From Candidatus Binataceae bacterium (GTDB lineage Bacteria; Desulfobacterota; Binatia; Binatales; Binataceae), in NCBI GenBank assembly GCA_050011435.1, contig JBEKJC010000005.1, positions 45,941 through 109,940 on the forward strand: a stretch of 64,000 bases of DNA. Reading direction: 5' to 3'. Made by a program: the position numbers and the translations under genes. The notes beneath the pieces are model-generated. The model searched no databases and was not told the origin of the DNA. It was given only the letters and a program-made list of their open reading frames with translations. How positions within the stretch are numbered: position 1 is the first letter of the stretch; every line of letters begins with the position of its first letter. Positions 1 to 9,645 of this stretch are shown piece after piece.

Positions 1-1
1 G

Positions 2-556
2 GTTGCGCTAGAACGGGTCTTCCTGAACCTGATCCGCAATGCTCGCGAGGCGATCGAAGCGGCGAGTGGCGCCGGACCCTCCATGGCGGCGCCGCGCGGA
101 GACACCTTGTCGAGACCGGCGTCCACCGATTCCATGATCCCAAAAGCGGCGGCTCCGCGCGGAACTATCCGGCTGCGCACCGCCATGGAAACGCAGTTCC
201 GCGTCAGCGCCCATGGCAAACGCAGACAGTACCTGCGGGTCGAGGTGAGCGATACCGGCAAGGGGATGTCGGACGCCGATCTGAAGCAATTGTTCACGCC
301 CTTTTACACCACCAAACCGTCGGGTACCGGTCTCGGCCTGGTGCTGAGCCAGCGGATTGTGGCTCTCCACGGCGGCAAACTGTGGGCTGAGCGGGGTGGG
401 ATGCGTCCGCGCGGCGCGCTGCGTCAGGAGCGCGCGCACGCGCGCAGGCGCTCCGATGAGGCCGCGGGCGACGGTGCACTCTATCCGTCCCCGGCGACCG
501 AACCCGAGCCGCGGGGAATGACGTTTTACGTAACGCTGCCGGTTGGCCCGGAGTGA
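2..556 (+). CDS. sensor histidine kinase, C-terminal portion (5' end lies outside the window)
   Basis: The reading frame is open from the window edge. It contains the N-box-like VFLNLIRNAREAIE and the G-boxes DTGKGM and GTGLGL of a HATPase_c domain. A response regulator gene follows 85 bp downstream. There is an unusual Arg-rich insert of about 40 aa before the final beta strand. Confidence 0.8.
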   Translation, partial: VALERVFLNLIRNAREAIEAASGAGPSMAAPRGDTLSRPASTDSMIPKAAAPRGTIRLRTAMETQFRVSAHGKRRQYLRVEVSDTGKGMSDADLKQLFTPFYTTKPSGTGLGLVLSQRIVALHGGKLWAERGGMRPRGALRQERAHARRRSDEAAGDGALYPSPATEPEPRGMTFYVTLPVGPE

Positions 557-640
557 GCATCCGCCTGGCACTAATATACTTGGGCCGGCGCGAATCGAAG
601 CCGGTATATCGCCCCCGACCCGCACGGTGCGCTACGATGG

Positions 641-2155
641 TTGCTTAAGATACGCCGAACGATGCAGCCTGAGAATCGAAACTTGACCGAACCGACCGCC
701 GAAACCGCGCGCGCTTCCGTACTGATCGCTGACGACGATCCGGGCATCCGGCTCGTCCTGCGTCATCGGCTGGAAGCGGACGGCTACCGAGTCGAGGAGG
801 CTGCCGACAGCCAGAGCGCACTGGAAGCGTTGATCGCCAATCGCCACGAGGTTGCGCTGCTCGACATCATGATGCCCGGCGCGGGCGGACTCGAAGTACT
901 CTCGGCGGCGCGCGCACAGTCGAGCCGCACCCCGATCATCGTGATCACGGCCGCCAGCACAATGAACAATGCGGTCGAGGCGATGAAGCGCGGGGCGCAC
1001 GACTACCTGACCAAACCGTTCGAGAATCTCGACCTGGTGGCCGCGGCAGTAGCGCGCGCGATCGATATTGCGGCGCAGGCGGCTGACTTCACGCGCCTTA
1101 AGGACGAGGTCAACCGCCAACTCGTCGGCGGCGAGATCATCGGACGCAGCCCGGCCATGCAGGAGGTTTACAAGCTGATCGGACGGGTGGTGAACAACGA
1201 CGCGACGGTCCTGCTGCGCGGCGAGAGCGGCACGGGCAAGGAGTTGGTCGCGCGGGCGATTCACTTCAAGTCGCAGCGTTGGCGCGGGCCCTTCGTCGCC
1301 GTCAATTGCTCGGCGATTCCGCACGGCTTGCTCGAAAGCGAACTCTTCGGCCATGAGCGCGGCTCGTTTACCGGGGCGACCGAGCGGCGGGCGGGCAAGA
1401 TCGAGCAGGCGTCGGGCGGCACGCTGTTTCTCGACGAGATCGGCGACTTGCCGGTCGATCTGCAACCGAAGCTGCTGCGGGTTCTGCAGGAGCGGGAGTT
1501 TTCGCGCGTCGGCGGATTCGAAACGCTGCGGATGCAGGCGCGAGTGATCGCCGCGACCAACCAGGACCTGGAAGAGGCGGTAGCCGAGAAGAAATTCCGC
1601 GAGGACCTGTACTTTCGGCTGCGCGTGATTCCGATCGATCTGCCGCCGTTACGCGAACGGCGCGAGGACATCGCGGAACTGACCGATTATTTCATCGGCA
1701 AGGCGGTGCGCGAGATGGGCGCGAACTCGCGCTACATCAGCCCCGAGGCGCGCGCCAAGCTCCAGAATTATACGTGGCCAGGCAATGTTCGCGAGCTCGA
1801 GAACGCGGTCTTGCGCGCCGCCCTGCTCGCCCCGGCCAATACCGTGCGCGCCGACGACGTCGAACTCGGCCGCGGCGGTGCACGTCTCGCCGGCGCCAAT
1901 CCGGACAACGGGGCCTCGCTGACCGAGCTCATTGCGCGGCGCATCAGTGAGATGATCGAAAGCAACGGCGAGGAGCCGCGCGACCTCTACCAGAAACTGG
2001 TCGGGGAGCTGGAAAAGCCGTTGATTGAGATCGCGCTCGATCGCGCCGGCGGCAACCAGGTCCATGCCGCGCGCATCCTGGGGCTCAATCGCAACACCCT
2101 GCGCAAGAAGCTCACCGAGCATCGGATCGTGCCGCAAAAGACCCTGCCGCAGTGA
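641..2155 (+). CDS. sigma-54-dependent response regulator, NtrC/AtoC family
   Basis: Receiver domain with a conserved Asp (LLDIMMPG). AAA+ sigma-54 activation domain with GESGTGKE and the GAFTGA-type motif ERGSFTGA. C-terminal Fis-type HTH (HAARILGLNRNTLRKKL). The start is either TTG at 641 or ATG at 662. Confidence 0.9.
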   Translation: MLKIRRTMQPENRNLTEPTAETARASVLIADDDPGIRLVLRHRLEADGYRVEEAADSQSALEALIANRHEVALLDIMMPGAGGLEVLSAARAQSSRTPIIVITAASTMNNAVEAMKRGAHDYLTKPFENLDLVAAAVARAIDIAAQAADFTRLKDEVNRQLVGGEIIGRSPAMQEVYKLIGRVVNNDATVLLRGESGTGKELVARAIHFKSQRWRGPFVAVNCSAIPHGLLESELFGHERGSFTGATERRAGKIEQASGGTLFLDEIGDLPVDLQPKLLRVLQEREFSRVGGFETLRMQARVIAATNQDLEEAVAEKKFREDLYFRLRVIPIDLPPLRERREDIAELTDYFIGKAVREMGANSRYISPEARAKLQNYTWPGNVRELENAVLRAALLAPANTVRADDVELGRGGARLAGANPDNGASLTELIARRISEMIESNGEEPRDLYQKLVGELEKPLIEIALDRAGGNQVHAARILGLNRNTLRKKLTEHRIVPQKTLPQ

Positions 2156-2171
2156 CGCGGCTCGCGCGACC

Positions 2172-2795
2172 ATGCAACTGCCCTCCCGCCTTTATGCGAT
2201 GGTCGATACTGCCGGCGGACACGACCCGGTGGAGCTCGCGCGGATATTACTGGGGGCCGGCGCTCGCATCATACAGTTGCGCCTGAAGGACATGTCCAGC
2301 CGCGATTTCCTGGCCGCCGCGCGTGCGATTGTCGCGCTCTGCCGTGAGCACGGCGCGATGCTGATCGTCAACGACCGCGCCGATATTGCCATGCTCGCGG
2401 GAGCCGACGGGGTTCACGTGGGGCAGGACGATCTGGCGCTCGCCGACGCCCGCGCGATCATGGGTGCGTCGGCGATCATTGGCGTCTCGACCCACAGTGT
2501 CGATCAGGCTCGCGCGGCCGCCGCGGGCGGCGCCGACTATATCGGGTTCGGTGCGATCTATTCCGGCGGCTTGAAGAATATTCGCAACGCCCAGGGGCTC
2601 GAGCGCTTGCGCGCGGTACGGGCAGCGGTGACGCTGCCGATTGTCGCGATCGGCGGCATCACGGAGGCAACCATGGCGCAAGTACTCGCAGCCGGCGCCG
2701 ACGCCGCCGCGATTATCACCGATGTCGTCCGGGCGCCCGATATTCCGGCGAAGGTGCGCGCCTTGCTGGCGGTGTCGCCGAGCGCGCCGACCTAA
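2172..2795 (+). CDS. thiE: thiamine-phosphate synthase
   Basis: Translation matches TMP-TENI family motifs (LYAMVD, IQLRLKD, VNDRADIA, GADGVHVGQDD, IIGVSTHS, ADYIGFGAIY). ATG at 2172 sits inside a longer listed ORF. Confidence 0.85.
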   Translation: MQLPSRLYAMVDTAGGHDPVELARILLGAGARIIQLRLKDMSSRDFLAAARAIVALCREHGAMLIVNDRADIAMLAGADGVHVGQDDLALADARAIMGASAIIGVSTHSVDQARAAAAGGADYIGFGAIYSGGLKNIRNAQGLERLRAVRAAVTLPIVAIGGITEATMAQVLAAGADAAAIITDVVRAPDIPAKVRALLAVSPSAPT

Positions 2796-2912
2796 CGGTA
2801 CCAGCGGCATGGCGTACAATCAGGAAAAGAGCATCTATCAGAATTTTAATTAGTATTCCTGCGCACTGCTGGCGCTGACGTCGAGGGCGACGGCCGAGAG
2901 ATATCACGAAAG

Positions 2913-2928
2913 GCCGGAGCTATCCGGC
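2913..2928 (-). terminator. candidate intrinsic terminator hairpin
   Basis: GCCGGA-gcta-TCCGGC hairpin immediately 3' of the stop of the 2929..3543 gene. On the minus strand it is followed by the pyrimidine/U-rich CUUUCGUGAUAUCUCUC. Confidence 0.25.
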
Positions 2929-3543
2929 TCAGCTGCCGGCCGCGCGGTGACGCTCGGCGAACGAATGCGGTGCGCTGACGGTGACGCCGCGGCGCTTCAT
3001 CGAAATCATGTACGCACCGGCGATGGTCGCAGTGCCAAAGAAAACGATCGCGAGAAAGCCACCGATAAAGTGATGCATCCGATGGCCGTTGAGGATCATC
3101 AAGGCCGCACCGGCAAACGGCACGATCGACGCCACCTCGCAGAGCCACAAGAGGCTGGCGTGGGTCTCGTCCGCGACCGTGCGCAGCAGACTCCCGAGGC
3201 TGAGCATATGATGTTTAGCGGTGACGGGCTCGTGGACGACGGATTCGAGTCCTGAAACCAGTCCCCGCACCGCAAACTGGTACACGATACCAGAGCCGAG
3301 CGCGAAGACGGCGAAGGCCGCGAGCAATCCGAGCGAGCCGAAGTGCAGCGCGATGGGCGCGATTATCGCAACCGAGAACAGCTCGCACAGCCCCCAATAT
3401 TTGGCCAAGGTCCGCAATGCGTCCTCGCTCTGGGCGTCCGGCACGATATAGGCAGACTTGGCCATTGGTGTGGCGAAGAATAGCAATTTGCCATCCGCGG
3501 CCCGGGCAAATAGCCCGTTGGTTTTCAGGAGAGGTAGGCCCAT
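2929..3543 (-). CDS. hypothetical polytopic membrane protein
   Basis: Long ORF with several hydrophobic segments. The start is placed at MGLPLLK. No family recognised. Confidence 0.45.
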   Translation of the reverse strand: MGLPLLKTNGLFARAADGKLLFFATPMAKSAYIVPDAQSEDALRTLAKYWGLCELFSVAIIAPIALHFGSLGLLAAFAVFALGSGIVYQFAVRGLVSGLESVVHEPVTAKHHMLSLGSLLRTVADETHASLLWLCEVASIVPFAGAALMILNGHRMHHFIGGFLAIVFFGTATIAGAYMISMKRRGVTVSAPHSFAERHRAAGS

Positions 3544-3744
3544 CTCGTCGTCCTTCCAGATACGTGAGGATACCCTCACGGCTGTTTGGACTGAACTATA
3601 CACCATTTACTGTGCTAATAGATGTAAAGTTATCGCATGCTGGGTCTATCGGCGAAAATAGTTGCAGTTATGGTGCATGTACCAGCGATTGTTGCATCGA
3701 TGACACAACTGCTCAATTTCGAGGCCACCCCGCCGCGTGGACAC

Positions 3745-4434
3745 CTACTCGAGGGCGTGGATCGGAATGTAGCCTTCCTTGCCGTCCTTCATTCTGATTT
3801 TCACGTAGCTCAGCGCGATCCCGATAGCGTGAACATCGCGTCCGCGATGAACTTCGGCGATCTTCGAGGCCGAATGAGTGGGCGCGCTCAACACCGGGGC
3901 GTCCGCGGTGAGCTTGAACATCTTGTCGGTCGGATTGACCAAAGCAATCGAGGTCAACGGGACATACGCGATCTCGCTGTTCTTCAGCTTCACCTGAGCG
4001 TAGTAGTGCGACGTTCCTATCACATTGACGAACTTGCCAGCCTCGACCGGCTCGATACGGGTGCTCGAACTGGTCGGCCGCTCATAGGCATACGAATTTT
4101 TGATGAGTTTCAGGTGGCCCTGCGCGGGCTCGATCGAACTCCTGTCCACGGGGACGCTCCTGGTGTGGCGAACTGTGCGGTGATGCGTAGTCGTCACCGG
4201 TGTCGGCTCATCGGGACCATAGGGAACAATCGTGGTTTTGGAAGGGCCGCCGCCGCTCGGCGCGGGCGCACTGATCGATCCGGCGCCGCCGCCGGGCAGG
4301 GGGCTGATCCCGCCGCTGCCCGTACCCCCATATTCGATGCCGGTCTGGGCGAAGGCCGGCGTCGCCGAAACGATTGCGCACGCCGCCACCATCGTCAGCG
4401 TGGTCTTCAGGTATATTCCGATTCGCGCATCCAT
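3745..4434 (-). CDS. secreted protein with N-terminal signal peptide, Gly/Pro-rich linker and two SH3b-like repeats
   Basis: MDARIGIYLKTTLTMVAACAIVSATPAFAQ looks like a signal peptide. The C-terminal half contains two similar ~60-aa modules ending in GYVPL/GYIPI, which resemble bacterial SH3 domains. The start is placed at the internal Met. Confidence 0.5.
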   Translation of the reverse strand: MDARIGIYLKTTLTMVAACAIVSATPAFAQTGIEYGGTGSGGISPLPGGGAGSISAPAPSGGGPSKTTIVPYGPDEPTPVTTTHHRTVRHTRSVPVDRSSIEPAQGHLKLIKNSYAYERPTSSSTRIEPVEAGKFVNVIGTSHYYAQVKLKNSEIAYVPLTSIALVNPTDKMFKLTADAPVLSAPTHSASKIAEVHRGRDVHAIGIALSYVKIRMKDGKEGYIPIHALE

Positions 4435-4457
4435 CAACGTCTCCTCCGACGCCCGGC

Positions 4458-6230
4458 TCAGCACGCTCCGCAAACGGTGCAGCGCGTCACGTCGCACGGT
4501 TTGGTTTGATGTTCGTAATGGGCCTTTTTGCGCTCTGAGAGCAGGAACCATTTGTGAATGTGATGGTCGATGAAGTCCCACGGCAGGACCTCGTCGTGGG
4601 TAAACTGCCGTGTCACGTAAAAGTCCGGATTGGGCAGATTGGTAGTGCCCTCGCCCGCTTCGCATTTGATTGCGCGCAGCTCGCGCCAGATGGCGCCCGC
4701 GTCGTCGCATCCGCGTTCACTCAACCGCTCCAGAATCCGCCCAACCCGGCGATCGCCGCGCGAGACCAGCGTCTGAAAGTAGGCTTCACGCGGGGACTCC
4801 GCGTCGAGTTCGATACTGGCGCCGCCGATACGCCCGAGCGCCGCGCGCAGCAGCGCGATCTTGCGCTTAAGGCCGGCGGCATCTTCCATCGGATCCCATT
4901 GGAAGGGCGTCCAGGGCTTCGGCACGAATGGGTTGAGCGAAACGGTGACATGGCCGACGCGCTTCTTCTGCGCGCGTGCACGTTCGAGAATGCGTCCGGT
5001 GAGGTTCGCGATTTCCAGGACGTCCTCCTCGCGCTCCTCGGGCAGTCCGATCATGAAATAGAGCTTGAGGCTTTCGACCCCTCCGCCCACCAGCATCTCG
5101 GCTGCGTTGAGAATTTCAGTCTCGTTCAGATTTTTGTTGATGACTTTGCGCATGCGCTCGCTGCCGGCCTCGGGCGCGACGGTGACGCTGCGCGCACCAT
5201 TGCGAGCCAGCGCGGCGGCCAGTTGCGGCGAGATACAGTCGGCCTTGAGCGACGACGGCGAAAGCCGCCCGCCCTCATCGGCGACCGCCTCCGCGATACG
5301 GGCGACGCCTGGCACACTCGCCATCTCGGCGCCGACCAGGCCGATCACGCTGCGCTCGCGCAACCCGCGTTTGGCCTCGGCGAGAATCTTGTCCGGACTG
5401 CGGTAGCGAATCGGCCGGTACATAAAGCCCGCCGCGCAAAAGCGGCAACCCCATTGGCAGCCGCGGCTGGCCTCGACCAGGAACATGTCGCCGAAAACGG
5501 ATTCCTCGGTGAGAATCAACGACGAGGTGTTGAAGCGATCGAGGTCGCCGAGCAGGCGGCGGGACACCTTCGGTTCGCCCGGTCCGTCATAACTGACGCT
5601 CTCGAGGCGGCCGCGCGAGTCGAGGACCGGCGTGAAGTAGTCGGGCAGATAAGCGCCCTCGACGCGCGCTAGATCGTGCAGGCGCGGGGCCTGATTGCCG
5701 GTACTCGCGCGCGCGTTCTGGTAGGCTGCGAGGAACTCCGGCACCATTTCCTCACCCTCGCCAATCAGAAACAGATCGACGTAGTCGGCGATCGGTTCGG
5801 GGTTGAGGAAAATTGCCGATCCGCCGGCGATGATCAGTGGATAATTCCGCCCAACGCGATCGGCGCGGCGCAGCGGTATCCCCGCCATCCGCAGCATCGT
5901 GACCAGATTGAGATAGTCGGTCTCGAATGAAATCGAGAACGCGAGAATTTCGAAATCCGTGAGCGGGCGTCCACGCTCGAACGAAACCAGCGGCGTCGTG
6001 CGCGCGTGAATCGCCGCACGTTCATCGGCGTCGGGCAGAAAGGCTCGGTCGGCGGCTACGCGCGGGTCGGATTCGAAGATGTGGAAAATGGCCTGGAAAC
6101 CCAGGTTTGCCATCGCGAGGCGATAGATGTTGGCATAGACCACGCATACCCCGATATCGCCGCCGGCGTGGCGCTCGTAGAGCACCTTTTCGTTGGCGAT
6201 GCGCTCGAGCGCGCGTTTGCGTGGGAACAT
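4458..6230 (-). CDS. radical SAM protein, TIGR03960-like (B12-binding-like N-domain plus rSAM core plus C-terminal DUF)
   Basis: 590 aa. CQWGCRFCAAG is the CxxxCxxC-type cluster motif. Domain order is typical of the widespread uncharacterised rSAM family. Cys-rich C-terminus CDVTRCTVCGAC. Confidence 0.8.
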   Translation of the reverse strand: MFPRKRALERIANEKVLYERHAGGDIGVCVVYANIYRLAMANLGFQAIFHIFESDPRVAADRAFLPDADERAAIHARTTPLVSFERGRPLTDFEILAFSISFETDYLNLVTMLRMAGIPLRRADRVGRNYPLIIAGGSAIFLNPEPIADYVDLFLIGEGEEMVPEFLAAYQNARASTGNQAPRLHDLARVEGAYLPDYFTPVLDSRGRLESVSYDGPGEPKVSRRLLGDLDRFNTSSLILTEESVFGDMFLVEASRGCQWGCRFCAAGFMYRPIRYRSPDKILAEAKRGLRERSVIGLVGAEMASVPGVARIAEAVADEGGRLSPSSLKADCISPQLAAALARNGARSVTVAPEAGSERMRKVINKNLNETEILNAAEMLVGGGVESLKLYFMIGLPEEREEDVLEIANLTGRILERARAQKKRVGHVTVSLNPFVPKPWTPFQWDPMEDAAGLKRKIALLRAALGRIGGASIELDAESPREAYFQTLVSRGDRRVGRILERLSERGCDDAGAIWRELRAIKCEAGEGTTNLPNPDFYVTRQFTHDEVLPWDFIDHHIHKWFLLSERKKAHYEHQTKPCDVTRCTVCGAC

Positions 6231-6580
6231 GATCGGAGAGCGGTGTACGATCTCCTAGGTTAACGTCCGGCGGCGTGCAACCACAAGAGGCAGAATTTCA
6301 TCAACCAGTTCAAAGACCACAAGCCCGCGATGAAAATAGAGACCAATTTCCTCAAAAAACCCTATATGAATAAAATCGCCTAGAACCTTGCAGAGGAAAG
6401 CCGTTCGATCTATGGAGCGAGTTGGAATTGGGAAGTCAAAAAGGAAATCCCGGATAAGTAGGCAAAAGCATTCAAAAGCGGGGGTGGCCGCCTGATGGCA
6501 CAGCCTAAAGCAAAAGTGCACGAATTCGCGGAAATCGCGAAATTAGTGCAGTGTACGATTGTGAGTGATTAGAGGGGCGA

Positions 6581-7735
6581 ATGTCGACACGGGCAATAAT
6601 ACAGACAGTAGGACTGTTTCTTGCGCTACTGGTTGCTCCAACATCCGTATTCGGTGAGGAATTCAGCCGCGTCAGCGTTCCCATTCCGGTCGAGATCGAT
6701 GGTCGGCCTATACGTTGTCGGCTTTATATAAAGTGTGAATTGAAGAGGTACAACATTCCCTTTAGCCAGTTTGCAGCAGGCCCTTTGGATAAAGAGCAAA
6801 CGATGTTCGTGACGGCAGTGCAAGCAATTCGCACATCGGATGCGGCAAAGTTTAGAAGCGTCTGGACATCCCCAAATCAAATGAAGGGTCTCGGTACGAC
6901 AATCATAACCTTGGTAGATGACAGTCCCGAGAATTGGATACGTCAGGCTAGAAGCATTTTCGATTTTGATAATTTAAAGATGATCGCCCAAGTCCAGCTT
7001 GGATTGAGAACCATGTTCATCTGGGATTCGATGACCAAGGACGGCGCTCGACGGAATGCGTTTTATGTCGGATTCGACAAGAACAACCAATTGCGGCTGA
7101 GCGTGGTGAGCAGTTCCACTCCGGTAGAAAGCATGATACTGGAGACTTTTTCGGCAGCTCAAACCGAACCAGACGCCTACAAGCCGTTGCCGAACATCAA
7201 TCTGCGTTACGGATATCCGATTCCTGTCGACGGCAAGGCCGGTACCAGCGCGCATCCCGTTTTCCTCGAATTTGACGGATCACCCTTGGATTTCCCGCTC
7301 GGCGACGAGAAGGTAAAGCCCCCCTCTGCATTGCTGGAGTTTTTCCGGAATGCAGCCCTTGCCCATCAGAAGGGCAAGGACGATTTATACGCCGGCAGCT
7401 TTACTCCCAAGAGTGCGGACAAGGTAAGACAATGGCTCGCCTCGATGGAAAGCCGCAGGAAACTGGCAAACCAGCCGCCGCAAATGCCATCGACGTTGGG
7501 GAACGTAAAATTCGTGCTCAACGCTGAACCCATCTTCCTGGTATTTGAGGCTCCGACTCCAGGGAACGACTGGAAACCGGAAAATCTAACGTATTCTTAT
7601 ATTTTGCATGAGGGTGGCGGGTACAAGATTGCGAACTTCTTTTATTCCAGTGATCTTGACGACTTTCTGCAAAACCCGTCTTTCTTTGACAAAGGGGTTT
7701 TGAAATCGGCTCCGACCGCCCCGCCCTCTAAATGA
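6581..7735 (+). CDS. hypothetical secreted protein (lower-GC gene)
   Basis: Signal-peptide-like N-terminus MSTRAIIQTVGLFLALLVAPTSVFGE. AT-richer codon usage than its neighbours. A ~350-bp AT-rich region lies upstream. No recognisable domain. Confidence 0.5.
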   Translation: MSTRAIIQTVGLFLALLVAPTSVFGEEFSRVSVPIPVEIDGRPIRCRLYIKCELKRYNIPFSQFAAGPLDKEQTMFVTAVQAIRTSDAAKFRSVWTSPNQMKGLGTTIITLVDDSPENWIRQARSIFDFDNLKMIAQVQLGLRTMFIWDSMTKDGARRNAFYVGFDKNNQLRLSVVSSSTPVESMILETFSAAQTEPDAYKPLPNINLRYGYPIPVDGKAGTSAHPVFLEFDGSPLDFPLGDEKVKPPSALLEFFRNAALAHQKGKDDLYAGSFTPKSADKVRQWLASMESRRKLANQPPQMPSTLGNVKFVLNAEPIFLVFEAPTPGNDWKPENLTYSYILHEGGGYKIANFFYSSDLDDFLQNPSFFDKGVLKSAPTAPPSK

Positions 7736-7782
7736 AATCAGACTGCGCGAGAGACCGCGAACAGCTCGCGGATGCGCGGGCT

Positions 7783-8283
7783 CTACTTGCGCAGCTTGCG
7801 CAACTGCCGCTGGGTCATCATCCAGAGCAGCTCGGCGGCGCCGGGCTGAATCCGGTTGGCCGGCAATTCAAGCGCGACGCAGCCACCCTTGCGCATCCGC
7901 AAATGCATCGCGTCGGGCTCGCCGGCCAGCAAGATCGAAACCATCGCGCTCAGTTGCGGCTCATGACCTACGATCATTACGCTGTCGTTGCGCCCGTGGG
8001 GCGCAAGCGCCGCGACCGCGTCGGCGGGCGCGATTCCAGTAGCCAACTCCGTTAGCACACGTGGTGTTAACCCGGTGGCATAGACCGTCGCGATAACCTC
8101 GGCAGTCTCGGCCGCGCGCGCCAGCGGACTGGTCAGTATCAGGTCAAATTCGAGCCCCAGCGCCTGCATTCCAGCCGCGGCCTTGAGCGTGCGCTGGCGG
8201 CCCACTTCAGTCAGATGACGCCCTTCGTCGCCGCCGGCAGCGAGATCCTCGGCGAGCGCATGGCGCACAACATAAAGAATCAT
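7783..8283 (-). CDS. sixA: phosphohistidine phosphatase SixA-like (histidine phosphatase superfamily)
   Basis: VVRHALAE (the RHG motif region) and the downstream IVGHEP catalytic His motif. ~165 aa. Overlaps the upstream CHAD gene by 4 nt. Confidence 0.7.
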   Translation of the reverse strand: MILYVVRHALAEDLAAGGDEGRHLTEVGRQRTLKAAAGMQALGLEFDLILTSPLARAAETAEVIATVYATGLTPRVLTELATGIAPADAVAALAPHGRNDSVMIVGHEPQLSAMVSILLAGEPDAMHLRMRKGGCVALELPANRIQPGAAELLWMMTQRQLRKLRK

Positions 8284-9443
8284 CCGTTATCATCCATTGG
8301 TCGGGATGTGGTCGGGGGCGCGACGCTGGGCATCGGCGTCGCCTGGGCGTCATTCGCTGGCGTCATCGGCTGCGCGGCGCCGGACGCCGCCAACGAATCT
8401 TCATCGTGGGCAAGCGCCAGGTTCTCAGCGGCTCGCGCGGCGTTTTCGGGGTCGATACGCGCCGCATTCGCAGCGTCCACCTCAGCTTGACGGGTGGACT
8501 CGCGGCGCTCTTTCGCGACACGTGAGATTTCTTCGAGCGCATCGTCGAGGACATCGGAGCGCACGATTTTCCTCCATCGGCGACACGCGCGCGAAGCGAG
8601 CTTTTGGCGCCGCACGACCAGCGCCTGGAGCATTGCGCCCACCGCCATCAGGGTCTCGGGCGCGACGCCCGTCCCATTCGCAGCGAAGGCGCGCAGCCAC
8701 GCGGCCGTCGCGACCAGGTCCTGATGAACCCCGAGCAACTCCTGCATCTGTTCGAGACGCAACAGCGCCTTGCGCGAACGCTTGCCGCCCATTTCGGCGA
8801 GCATCTCGAGCGCATAGCGCAGCCGCTTGATGCGCACGCGCAGGCGGTGGAAAATCTCGGGCGGCGCCTCGCGCGCGATGCGTTTGCCGGCCTTGCGGAC
8901 GCTTCTAGCGATGGGCGCGATCATGGCCGGCGCCTCGCAACCGGCGGCGATCGCCGGCAGCGCGCGGCGCAGCAGGGGATTGGCGAGCCGCTCGCACATC
9001 CGCGTGTAACGTTGCGTGCGCAACTCCGCGACGAAGCGCGCATGTGCGGTGTCGCGCTCGGCCGCGAGCGCGGTGCAAAGCGGCGTCAGCGCACCGGCGA
9101 GCGCGGGGTCTAATCGTCCTCCACATTCACGAACGAGCGCCTCGATCACGTCGCGTTCGCGCACGGCGCCGGCCGCCTGTCCGAACCACGGGAGGTCGCG
9201 CTTGTAGACGAGCACGCGCGAGCCGTGAATCACGCCGGAAAATAATTGCACTATAGCGCGCAGCCGTCGCGCCGCCACGCGCATCTGATGGAGCGGTTCG
9301 ATTTCGCCGGCAGTCGCCGCCGCCTCGTAATACGTCAGGGCCGCGACCGCGGTGGCGAGCGTCAGCCGTACCGCGTCGCCGAGCGGCAGATCGGGTGCGA
9401 TGACGATGCGAGGGGCCCGCGCTGACGGCACTGGCGCAGCCAT
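8280..9443 (-). CDS. CHAD domain-containing protein (polyphosphate-granule associated) with Ala/Pro-rich C-terminal tail
   Basis: Helical repeats rich in Arg/Leu with conserved RRLR and RIKRLRY motifs typical of CHAD. GGAGG sits 8 nt before ATG 9443. Lies between ppx and sixA in one orientation. Confidence 0.7.
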   Translation of the reverse strand: MAAPVPSARAPRIVIAPDLPLGDAVRLTLATAVAALTYYEAAATAGEIEPLHQMRVAARRLRAIVQLFSGVIHGSRVLVYKRDLPWFGQAAGAVRERDVIEALVRECGGRLDPALAGALTPLCTALAAERDTAHARFVAELRTQRYTRMCERLANPLLRRALPAIAAGCEAPAMIAPIARSVRKAGKRIAREAPPEIFHRLRVRIKRLRYALEMLAEMGGKRSRKALLRLEQMQELLGVHQDLVATAAWLRAFAANGTGVAPETLMAVGAMLQALVVRRQKLASRACRRWRKIVRSDVLDDALEEISRVAKERRESTRQAEVDAANAARIDPENAARAAENLALAHDEDSLAASGAAQPMTPANDAQATPMPSVAPPTTSRPMDDNG

Positions 9444-9529
9444 AGTTAGTTCCTCCGCCCCGATTTTCTGAAGATTGTATTGAGCATCGCCGCCCACTGG
9501 AAATTGATCGTAAGGCTTTCGCGCATCGT

Positions 9530-9549
9530 TTGAAAGCGCGAGCTTTCAA
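9530..9549. promoter_or_regulatory. perfect palindrome TTGAAAGC-gcga-GCTTTCAA in the ppx/CHAD intergenic region
   Basis: 8-4-8 inverted repeat read directly from the sequence. No U-tract follows it, so it is more likely an operator than a terminator. Confidence 0.35.
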
Positions 9550-9645
9550 CCTAAACCAACACACTCGAGCGCGGGCGCCATGCGATTGTTGACAGCGCGC
9601 TCCTCCCGCCGTGGAAATGGCCGACTGGAATCGAGGGAGTACGCG

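Noticed and set aside
2150-2175. TPP riboswitch expected upstream of thiE
   Set aside because: thiE starts 17 nt after the regulator stop, leaving no room for an aptamer. No THI-box-like CTGAGA element was seen.
2913-2928. The same hairpin as a terminator for thiE on the plus strand
   Set aside because: On the plus strand the stem is followed by TCAGCTGCCGG rather than a U-tract. Only the minus-strand reading has a pyrimidine-rich tail.
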